A stretch of DNA of 16,891 nucleotides, taken from positions 1 through 16,891 of the forward strand of contig JAVZLS010000020.1 of the NCBI GenBank assembly GCA_038883715.1, in the 5' to 3' direction. Made by a program: the position numbers and the translations under genes. Below are positions 8,753-15,951 of this stretch, piece after piece. The notes under the pieces were generated by a model. That model was not told the origin of the DNA. It searched no databases and saw nothing but the letters and a program-made list of their open reading frames with translations. Each line of letters starts with the position of its first letter. Positions within the stretch are counted from its first letter, which is position 1. Origin of the DNA: Candidatus Bathyarchaeia archaeon. Its GTDB lineage: Archaea; Thermoproteota; Bathyarchaeia; Bathyarchaeales; Bathycorpusculaceae.

Positions 8753-9501
8753 TGATGCCCATGAAAAGCTTGGTTTACCCTTCTGCACGTTATCTTCCCT
8801 TTGGCGACCATGCTTTAATAGTTGAGTTTGGCGATGTAATTGATTTAGGGGTGAACAGCAAGGTCATCGCCTTACATGAGGCTCTTTTAAAAGCTGACAT
8901 AAAAGGCGTTGAAGAGTTTGTCCCCACTTATAGGTCTCTGCTTGTTCGTTATAATCCAGCTGAAATAACTTACGATCAACTTGTTGTACGCGTTAAAGAA
9001 ATTGAAAAGGCATTGAAAGATAAACCAGCAGAAATAGGGTGGAGGAAGCTTATTGTTCCAGTAGTTTACGGGGGTGCTTATGGACCAGACTTGGGTTATG
9101 TGGCTCAGTATCACGGGTTAACCGAGGAACAAGTTGTCAAGCACCATTCAGGGAAAGATTATAGGGTTTATATGATAGGCTTTGTTGCCGGCTTCCCATA
9201 CTTAGGTGACGTTCCAGAAGAAATTGCAACACCACGTCTTGAAACTCCACGTCTAAAAGTGCCAGCTGGTTCTGTTGGCATTGCAGAAAGACAGACAGGC
9301 ATTTATCCATGCGAGGCTCCCGGGGGATGGCGGATAATAGGCAGAACGCCAATTAAACTTTTTGATCCGCAAAAGCAGCCTCCAGCCTTACTAAAACCTG
9401 GAGATACTGTTAAATTTGAGCCGGTTTCGGAGGAGGATTACAAGAGAATTGAGGAACTTGTTAAGGTAGGCGCTTACAAGCTTCAATTTGAGGAACTGTA
9501 G
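8752..9501 (+). CDS. pxpB: 5-oxoprolinase subunit B (KipI / allophanate hydrolase subunit 1-like)
   Basis: GDxALIVEF, VPTYRSLLV, PVVYGGxYGPDL, GFVAGFPYLG, PRLKVPAGSVGIA and PGGWRIIGRTP; start overlaps the pxpA stop. Confidence 0.92.
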   Translation: MMPMKSLVYPSARYLPFGDHALIVEFGDVIDLGVNSKVIALHEALLKADIKGVEEFVPTYRSLLVRYNPAEITYDQLVVRVKEIEKALKDKPAEIGWRKLIVPVVYGGAYGPDLGYVAQYHGLTEEQVVKHHSGKDYRVYMIGFVAGFPYLGDVPEEIATPRLETPRLKVPAGSVGIAERQTGIYPCEAPGGWRIIGRTPIKLFDPQKQPPALLKPGDTVKFEPVSEEDYKRIEELVKVGAYKLQFEEL

Positions 9502-9502
9502 G

Positions 9503-10453
9503 ATGAAAGTTTTTCAAGTGTTAAAGCCCGGATTCTTTACAACAGTGCAAGACTTGGGTAGATATGGCTACCTTAAATATGGAGTTCCGATTTCTGGTGC
9601 TATGGACTCGTTTTCGATGATTGTGGCAAATTTGCTTGTTGGAAACAACCCTAATGATGCATGTTTGGAGATAACCCTCATAGGACCAGAACTTCAAGCG
9701 TTGGCAGATACTCAAATTGCCTTAACTGGAGGGAAAATTTCGGTGGAAATCAATGGTGAGGAAGCGTCCATGTGGCAAACATTAACTGTACGTAAAGGAG
9801 ACGTTGTTTCTGTTAGGAAAGTGGAAAGCGGGTGCAGATGTTACCTCTCCATTAGGGGAGGAATAAACACGCCCATAGTTCTTGGGAGCAGGTCAACTTA
9901 TGTCCGCGGACGCTTCGGTGGAATAGATGGCAGACAACTAAAGTTTGGGGACATAATTGAGGGGTTCAGTGTTCCGCCTATAGATGTTGTTTTTAGAATG
10001 CTAGAAAACCTCGTGCCGCACTTTGGGGATAGTTTCACGGTGCATGTTGTTTTGGGACCGCAAGCAGACATGTTCACTGAAGGAGGCATTGAAACTTTCC
10101 TTTCAAACCCTTATAGGGTTACAATAGATTCTGACCGCATGGGCTACCGCCTCGAAGGACCAGCAATACAGCATAAGGGGAAGGCTGACATAGTCTCGGA
10201 CGCCCTCCTGCCTGGGGCAGTTCAAGTACCCAGGGATGGAAAACCCATCATTATCATGAGGGATGCCCAAACAACCGGGGGCTATCCCAAAATAGCAGCT
10301 GTAATAACTCCAGATTTGGATAGACTTGGGCAAGCCAAGCCAAATGACATCATAAGGTTCTCGGAGATTACGCTAGAAGATGCCCGTAAAAGGCTTTTAG
10401 AGTATCGAGAAATGCTCGCTGGTTTGGCTGAAAAGTTAATTAGAATTTCTTAA
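9503..10453 (+). CDS. pxpC: 5-oxoprolinase subunit C (KipA / allophanate hydrolase subunit 2-like)
   Basis: TTVQDLGRxG, GAMD, ANLLVGN, LGSRST, SDRMGYRL, GAVQVP and DAQTTGGYPKI. ATG 9503 lies just after the pxpB stop and is preferred over TTG 9488. Confidence 0.92.
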   Translation: MKVFQVLKPGFFTTVQDLGRYGYLKYGVPISGAMDSFSMIVANLLVGNNPNDACLEITLIGPELQALADTQIALTGGKISVEINGEEASMWQTLTVRKGDVVSVRKVESGCRCYLSIRGGINTPIVLGSRSTYVRGRFGGIDGRQLKFGDIIEGFSVPPIDVVFRMLENLVPHFGDSFTVHVVLGPQADMFTEGGIETFLSNPYRVTIDSDRMGYRLEGPAIQHKGKADIVSDALLPGAVQVPRDGKPIIIMRDAQTTGGYPKIAAVITPDLDRLGQAKPNDIIRFSEITLEDARKRLLEYREMLAGLAEKLIRIS

Positions 10454-10494
10454 CCTTTAAATCGGCTTTCGCCGCTTTAGTGCATGGTGTTTCA

Positions 10495-10950
10495 ATGCCA
10501 TCCAGATGTATTCATGAGAAAGGCACCCTATCAATTGGAGAATTAATTGAAAGAGTTAAAGGAAATCCGAATTTTCAGAAGGCTGGAGCTATTGCCGTCT
10601 TTATTGGCGTTGTTCGTGGAGAGAATCCTAGGGAAGAAAAAGTTCAGAGATTGGAAATTGAAGCTTATGATGAGGGAGCAGATGAGGTGCTGTCGAAGAT
10701 ATGCCAAGACTTAAAAAGTAGAAGGGGCATAGTTGATGTTCAAATACACCATTTTTTGGGCAAGTTTGATGTTGGCGAGGACCTTGTTTATGTCGTGGTT
10801 GCCGGCTCTCACAGAGAGGATGTTTTTCCAGTTTTAAGGGAGGCTGTTGAGAGGTATAAGAAGGAAGCCCCAATCTTCAAGAAGGAGTATGTGACCACTA
10901 AAGAGGGCTTGGAGAAGGCTTATTGGGTTGCTGAAGCTGAAGAAGGATAG
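10495..10950 (+). CDS. moaE: Molybdopterin synthase catalytic subunit MoaE
   Basis: GAIAVFIGVVR, LEIEAY, HFLGxFxVGE, AGSHREDVF and KKEAPIFKKE...W. The start is either ATG 10495 (after GGTG) or GTG 10480. Confidence 0.88.
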   Translation: MPSRCIHEKGTLSIGELIERVKGNPNFQKAGAIAVFIGVVRGENPREEKVQRLEIEAYDEGADEVLSKICQDLKSRRGIVDVQIHHFLGKFDVGEDLVYVVVAGSHREDVFPVLREAVERYKKEAPIFKKEYVTTKEGLEKAYWVAEAEEG

Positions 10951-11014
10951 CTATGTTTTTGCAAAGTGTTATTAAGCATTTCATAGAAGCTTATTGTAAG
11001 GAGATGAGTTCGGC

Positions 11015-11683
11015 TTGGAAAAGAAAAGCTATGCATGGTTTGAGAGGCGGAGAAGGACAAAGGCTCTTGATTTGGCACAGGAGCAGATAACAAAGGCTTT
11101 GGACACCGTTACGCTTCTTCATTATGCTATGCAGAAAATGGCTGAAGGCAACAGGAAAGAAGCCATGCAGCACATAGAAAACATTTTCAAGGTTGAGAAG
11201 GAAGTTGACAGACTGCGAACAGAAGTCTTCAAGGAGCTTTCAAAAGGCGTGGCTCTTTTTGCAGATTACCGTGAAGACCTAATGCACCTTGTGAAGAGGC
11301 TTGACACTCTGGCCGACCATGTGAAGGACGCGGCAAGATGCATAAAGATGCTTGAAGGAGCCAAAGTTCCTAAGGAGCTTTGGGAGAACACAGCCCACAC
11401 AACATCGTTTCTTGTGGATTGCGCCCACGCCTTAAGAGGTAGCATCGAGAAAATTGCCGTGGACTCTTCTGAGGCTATAAGTGGAGCAAAAAAGGTGGAG
11501 GAAATAGAGAGGAAAATAGACGACGAGTATCTTAAAACCAAAGCCTTATTCATCAAATATGGAGGGCAGATGGATAGCGGCTCAATGGTTATTTTTGATG
11601 ATCTTGTGGAGTTTATTGAGCATGCTGCTGACATGTGCGCTGATACGGCTGACTACATAGTTATACTTGCTAGCAGAGAATAG
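11015..11683 (+). CDS. DUF47 / PhoU-like phosphate transport regulator family protein
   Basis: All-helical protein with two repeated ExxxD motifs (EKEVDRLR, ERKIDDEY), plus REDLMHLVKRLDTLAD and IEHAADMCAD; TTG start. Confidence 0.82.
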   Translation: MEKKSYAWFERRRRTKALDLAQEQITKALDTVTLLHYAMQKMAEGNRKEAMQHIENIFKVEKEVDRLRTEVFKELSKGVALFADYREDLMHLVKRLDTLADHVKDAARCIKMLEGAKVPKELWENTAHTTSFLVDCAHALRGSIEKIAVDSSEAISGAKKVEEIERKIDDEYLKTKALFIKYGGQMDSGSMVIFDDLVEFIEHAADMCADTADYIVILASRE

Positions 11684-11696
11684 CCAGCAGCCCATA

Positions 11697-11981
11697 CTAT
11701 TTTGTTTCTTCTTCTTGTTTTGATATTAAATTGCCTAGGGCGTAGGCCGCGGCTGAAACTATGATTATGCCGAAGAAGCCCGCTGCTAAAGTTGATAAGT
11801 ATGGGTTATCAATTGCTGGTAAAGTGTAGTCTGGCATAAGCCCTTTCCAAACGGGTTCCACCTCTTCCACTTTAAGGGTTTCAGCCACTGTTTCTAGGCC
11901 GTCTGGGTAGGATGAGGCGAAGGGTATTAGGATTGCAAGCCCAACGGCTATTAGGATTAGCGCCTTAACGTAGCCTTTCAA
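11697..11981 (-). CDS. nikN: PDGLE-domain membrane protein (NikN-like ECF accessory component)
   Basis: ASSYPDGLE and LMPDY motifs flanked by two hydrophobic helices. The likely TTG start at 11981 overlaps the nikM TGA (TTGA), giving 94 aa. Confidence 0.8.
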   Translation of the reverse strand: MKGYVKALILIAVGLAILIPFASSYPDGLETVAETLKVEEVEPVWKGLMPDYTLPAIDNPYLSTLAAGFFGIIIVSAAAYALGNLISKQEEETK

Positions 11982-12640
11982 ATGGCTTCCCTCTTTAGGA
12001 AAGCTAAACCATTCAGCACCGCGGGTTGCACTCGGTACAGTTGTGTTATGGCTGTTGTTGTTATTGCTGCTTCGCCGAGGCCTATTAGTACATGCCAAAA
12101 TAGCATGGCTGGGACTGTTACTGTTATTCCACCAACTTCTGTGAAGGCTGGTGAAAATCCTATCTGCAGACCGCATGCCAAAGCCCCAAGAACAACTGAT
12201 AGCCATGAAGCTGCGAACACGCCTATGAAGAAGCGTTTGCCTTTGGTTGAGTTTCCGGCTATGAGTTTAATTATGTAGAAGCTTAGGCCGCCTATAACTG
12301 CCATGTTGAAGATGTTGGCGCCTAGGGTTATGATTCCGCCGTCTGCGAAGAACAGTGCTTGCATTAGTAGGACTATTGTCATGCTTAGGATTGCCGCATA
12401 GGGGCCTAAAACTATTGAGAGGAATGTTCCGCCTACTAGGTGTCCGCTTGTTCCATATGTTATTGGGAAGTTAATCATTTGGGCGGCGAAGACGAAGGCG
12501 CTTGAAACCGCCAGTAGTGGGGCTAATGCTTTTGGGTATGTGGCTTTCGCTTTTTTCCATGACAAAACGAGGAATATAATGGATATTGCAGCCATTGTGG
12601 CGGCGATTTCTGGGCTTATGTAGCCGTCTGGTATGTGCAT
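11978..12640 (-). CDS. nikM: ECF-type nickel/cobalt transporter S component (NikM/CbiM family)
   Basis: N-terminal metal-binding MHIPDG, FAAQMINFP, GTSGH, QALFFADGG..LGAN and HVLIGLGEA; multiple TM helices. MHIPDG plus a PDGLE partner favours NikM over CbiM (MHIMEG). Confidence 0.88.
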   Translation of the reverse strand: MHIPDGYISPEIAATMAAISIIFLVLSWKKAKATYPKALAPLLAVSSAFVFAAQMINFPITYGTSGHLVGGTFLSIVLGPYAAILSMTIVLLMQALFFADGGIITLGANIFNMAVIGGLSFYIIKLIAGNSTKGKRFFIGVFAASWLSVVLGALACGLQIGFSPAFTEVGGITVTVPAMLFWHVLIGLGEAAITTTAITQLYRVQPAVLNGLAFLKREAI

Positions 12641-12653
12641 TAGATTAGCCTCG

Positions 12654-12681
12654 GTATTACTTTTTACTTGAAGAGTATTAC
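12654..12681. promoter_or_regulatory. Putative NikR operator
   Basis: GTATTA-N16-TATTAC upstream of nikM, with the same architecture as the E. coli NikR site GTATGA-N16-TCATAC. Confidence 0.65.
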
Positions 12682-12696
12682 TTATAAACTTTGCCG
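12681..12696 (-). promoter_or_regulatory. BRE/TATA promoter of nikMN
   Basis: Minus strand reads cggcaaag-TTTATAAG, about 41 nt upstream of the nikM ATG. Confidence 0.65.
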
Positions 12697-12718
12697 TTAA
12701 AATGCGGAAAACTGAAGA

Positions 12719-12991
12719 TTAGGAGAGTAGTTCTGTTAGGATTTTGTTTAGCTGTTCTTTGTCTTTTACTTTTTTGAAGACGGCTTTGCCTGTTGCGTAT
12801 AAGCGTATGTAAGTTTCTTTGTATGTTAAGTCGAAGATTATTTTTGCTGTGGTTTTTTGCAATACGGCTTTTTTCAGTATTTTTGTTATTGCCTCCTCTT
12901 TTTTGTCGAATTTAAAGTGGATTATGTAGTCTCTTTCTTCTCCGCATGCCTCTTCAATTCTTGCTATGTATGTGTCCAGAATTGTGCTCAT
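12719..12991 (-). CDS. Hypothetical 90-aa protein, last gene of the Fe-S operon
   Basis: ATG overlaps the sufS stop (ATGA, 12988-12991) with GGAG upstream; protein-like composition; single Cys (EACG). Confidence 0.75.
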   Translation of the reverse strand: MSTILDTYIARIEEACGEERDYIIHFKFDKKEEAITKILKKAVLQKTTAKIIFDLTYKETYIRLYATGKAVFKKVKDKEQLNKILTELLS

Positions 12992-14226
12992 AGGGATTTT
13001 TCAATCTCCTTTAGGGCTTCCACTAGCTTGTCGATTTCCTCTTCGGTGTTGTATATGTAGAAGCTTGCCCTTGCCGAGGATTTTAGTCCGAATCTCTGGT
13101 GGAGTGGTTGGGCGCAGTGGAAGCCGCTTCTTATCATTATGCCATAAGCGTCTAAGAGCAATGCCAAGTCGTGGGAGTCGAAGCCTTCAAGGTTGAAGGG
13201 CACTATGCCACATTTGGCTTTCACATCCTTTGGACCGTAAACCTTGACCTTTTCGCATTCTTGTAAGCGTTTTATGGCGTACTCGGTTAGGGCGCATTCA
13301 TGGGCTTTAACGTTTTCCATTCCTAGGTTTTTTAGGTATTTTATGGCTGCCATTAAGCCTACGCCACCGCATATGTTTGGTGTTCCAGCCTCAAATTTCC
13401 ATGGCAGGTCGTTCCAGGTTATTTTGCAAGTTTGTGTTTTTGGGTTGTAGGAGACTTCCCTTATCATTTCGCCTCCTCCATGGAAGGGCTCCATTTTTTC
13501 TAGGATGTCTCGCTTGCCGTATAGGACGCCTATTCCCGTTGGTCCAAGCATTTTATGTCCGGAAAAGGCTAGGAAGTCGCAGTCCAATTCTTTCACATTT
13601 ATTGGTATGTGGGGTACTGATTGGGCTCCGTCGACGAGAATGAGGGCGTTGTTTTCGTGGGCGAGTTTTGCGGCATATCGCACATTATTTATCACGCCGG
13701 TAACATTTGAGACATGGGTTATGCAGACAATTTTCACTTTTGGTGAAAGGGCTTCTTGGAAGGCTTGTTGGTTTAAGGTTCCATCTTCGTTGACGTCTAT
13801 GTATCGTACCTTGAAGCCCTTTATTTTTGAGAGGATTTCCCATGGCACAATGTTGCTGTGGTGCTCCATTAGGGTTACTAGAACCTCGTCGTCTCGTTTG
13901 AGGTTTCGCAGTCCCCAGGAGTAGGCGACAGTGTTTATGGCTTCTGTTGTCCCCCTTGTGAAGATTATTTCTTCTATGCTTTCTGCGCCTATGAATTTGG
14001 CTGTTTCTTCGTGGGCGCTTTCATAAAGCTCTGTAGCCTCAAGTGAAAGCGTATGCACGGCTCTGTGGACATTGGCATTGTGGAGTTCATAGTACTCTTT
14101 TATGGCTTCTATTACTTGTTTTGGTTTTTGGGACGTGGCAGCGTTATCAAAATAGATAAGCGGGTGATTGTTTATTTTCCGTTTTAAAATTGGAAAGTCT
14201 TCCCTAATCTTGTATGGGTCGAACAT
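12988..14226 (-). CDS. sufS: Cysteine desulfurase, group II (SufS type)
   Basis: YFDNAATSQKP, NVHR, GTTEAIN, MEHHSN, DGAQ, SGHKMLGP, FEAGTP, RSGFHCAQPL and RASFY; all catalytic motifs look intact. Confidence 0.93.
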   Translation of the reverse strand: MFDPYKIREDFPILKRKINNHPLIYFDNAATSQKPKQVIEAIKEYYELHNANVHRAVHTLSLEATELYESAHEETAKFIGAESIEEIIFTRGTTEAINTVAYSWGLRNLKRDDEVLVTLMEHHSNIVPWEILSKIKGFKVRYIDVNEDGTLNQQAFQEALSPKVKIVCITHVSNVTGVINNVRYAAKLAHENNALILVDGAQSVPHIPINVKELDCDFLAFSGHKMLGPTGIGVLYGKRDILEKMEPFHGGGEMIREVSYNPKTQTCKITWNDLPWKFEAGTPNICGGVGLMAAIKYLKNLGMENVKAHECALTEYAIKRLQECEKVKVYGPKDVKAKCGIVPFNLEGFDSHDLALLLDAYGIMIRSGFHCAQPLHQRFGLKSSARASFYIYNTEEEIDKLVEALKEIEKSL

Positions 14227-14726
14227 TATTTTTCCTCTGCCATCTTCATCTTTTTCTCAAGGATTCTCGCCAACTCTTCCTCTTCTAGGGCTTGTTTTTC
14301 TTCAAAGGTTAGTTCATTTGGAAGCCATTCCGGCATGGTCTGTTTGTTTTTGTAGTAGGCTCTTATGGCGCGTCTTAGGGCTCCTACGGCTAGGATTCCG
14401 CAGTGGAATTTCACCGCTGGCAATCCGCCAACCTCTTCTGCCACGCTTTTCCACGTTATTTTCCATGCATCTTCGAGTTTCATTCCCTTCACCTTCTCTG
14501 TTACTATGCTGGATGTGGCTATGTTGGCAGCGCATCCGTAGCTTTCAAAAGTTGCCTTTTCGATTATGTCTTGCTCGTTTATTTTTAGGTAGAAGGTTAT
14601 CATGTCTCCGCATTGGGGGTTTCCAGCAACAGCCGACACCGTAGCGTCTTCCATTCTCCCAAGGTTTTTGGGGTTTCTGAAAAGCTCGAGAATTTTTTGG
14701 CTGTAGGGCAGGGGTGCACGCGACAT
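14226..14726 (-). CDS. iscU: Fe-S cluster scaffold, IscU/NifU-N type, with C-terminal extension
   Basis: NPKNLG, GNPQCGD, FESYGCAA and LPAVKFHC. Cys2-Cys3 spacing is 44 aa, so there is no SufU-type insertion. Confidence 0.9.
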   Translation of the reverse strand: MSRAPLPYSQKILELFRNPKNLGRMEDATVSAVAGNPQCGDMITFYLKINEQDIIEKATFESYGCAANIATSSIVTEKVKGMKLEDAWKITWKSVAEEVGGLPAVKFHCGILAVGALRRAIRAYYKNKQTMPEWLPNELTFEEKQALEEEELARILEKKMKMAEEK

Positions 14727-14727
14727 T

Positions 14728-15951
14728 TTATCCCACCACTGTTGTGCCAGTTATCCCCCTAAGCCTTTCAACGGCTTTTGGAAACACTTCCAAAACATAG
14801 TCTATATCCTCTTCAGTATGGTAACGGGTAACCTTCATAAGGATGCTTCCATGGGCTTCCTCAAATTTTCTGCCTATTGCTGTCAGGACGTGGCTTGGCT
14901 GTAGTAGGCGCCTTGTGCATGCGCTCCCGCTTGAGACGTAAACACCGTTTAGGCTTAGTTCGATCGTTAGTGCTTCGCCTTCACAGCGCAAAAAGCTTAT
15001 GTTGGCATTATCTGGAGCCCTTTTCTCGCCCCTTGGACCATTTAAGCGTACATCGGTTATTTTTTCAAAAATTCCGCTTATGAGCTTGTCCCTAAGCCTT
15101 CGCATGTGCCTAACATTTTCTTCAAAGTTTTGGAAGGCAAGCTCAGAGGCTTTTGTAAAGCCAACTATTAATGGCGTGTTCTCAACTCCAGGCCAGAGTT
15201 TTTGGGTGCCTATTTGGCCTTCCAATATTCTTTCTATGTTTATGCCTTCCCTTACGTAGAGGGCTCCTATTCCGCGAGGTCCAAGGATTTTGTAGCTGCT
15301 TATTGTTGTCATGTCCACGCCCAAGTCCTGCACGTTGAACTGTATTTTTCCATAGGCGTCTGAAGCGTCTGTATGGAATATTGCGTTTGGGTTTTTGTCC
15401 TTGACTATTTCTCGGGCTTCCCTTATTGGTTGTATTGTTCCTATTTCATGGTTTACGGCGGAAAGGCTTACTAGAACGGTTTCGTCATCAACAGCTTCCT
15501 TCAATTTTTCAAGGTTTACAAGACCCTCGCCGTCAACTGGAATTTTTGTTACCGTGAAGCCGAAACGGGTTAACATTTCAGCCACATGCATAATGCTCAA
15601 CGGCTCAACTTCAGAAATTACAATCTTCTTCCCCTTCCCCCGCATCTGAAGGGTCGCACCCAGCAAGGCAAGGTTGTTGGCTTCTGTTTCACCAGGCGTA
15701 AAATTAACTTCCTCAAGATTTTTGCATCCCATAAAGCCGGCTATCTTTTGGGCTGATTCCATTATGGCTTCAAAGGCTTCCCATCCAGGCTTATGGGTAA
15801 GCGTTGGATTGCCATAGGCGCGCTGGTTAAAGTATGGAAGCATAGCTTCAACAACTTCTGTTGGCACCATGCTTGAGTTTTCAATGTCCAGATAGACTTC
15901 ACGCTTTAATCCCTCATGAGCCTTTAATAGTTCGCGGACATTTTCCACCAT
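14728..15951 (-). CDS. IscS/NifS-like (group I cysteine desulfurase family) protein with degenerate active site
   Basis: YLD, YGNP, TEANN, EIGTIQP, KxxGPxG and the group I loop SSGSACT...PSHVL; several conserved PLP- and substrate-binding residues are substituted (see findings). Confidence 0.88.
   Translation of the reverse strand: MVENVRELLKAHEGLKREVYLDIENSSMVPTEVVEAMLPYFNQRAYGNPTLTHKPGWEAFEAIMESAQKIAGFMGCKNLEEVNFTPGETEANNLALLGATLQMRGKGKKIVISEVEPLSIMHVAEMLTRFGFTVTKIPVDGEGLVNLEKLKEAVDDETVLVSLSAVNHEIGTIQPIREAREIVKDKNPNAIFHTDASDAYGKIQFNVQDLGVDMTTISSYKILGPRGIGALYVREGINIERILEGQIGTQKLWPGVENTPLIVGFTKASELAFQNFEENVRHMRRLRDKLISGIFEKITDVRLNGPRGEKRAPDNANISFLRCEGEALTIELSLNGVYVSSGSACTRRLLQPSHVLTAIGRKFEEAHGSILMKVTRYHTEEDIDYVLEVFPKAVERLRGITGTTVVG

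Noticed and set aside
8752-10453. Annotation as urea carboxylase / allophanate hydrolase
   Set aside because: There is no biotin carboxylase or amidase domain, and adjacency to a LamB/YcsF gene fits PxpABC.
11982-12206. N-terminal 75 aa of the 169-aa ORF 11697..12206
   Set aside because: It overlaps nikM in another frame and is low-complexity. The TTG at 11981, coupled to the nikM stop, gives a typical PDGLE protein.
275-15649. Numerous short antisense or alternate-frame ORFs in the track (e.g. 429..791, 5490..5816, 11266..11634, 13505..13924, 14168..14644)
   Set aside because: They lie within well-supported genes, show no recognisable motifs and look like shadow ORFs.
14728-15951. Calling the IscS-like gene a pseudogene
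   Set aside because: It is full length with no stops or frameshifts, retains the Lys and Cys, and is tightly coupled to iscU.
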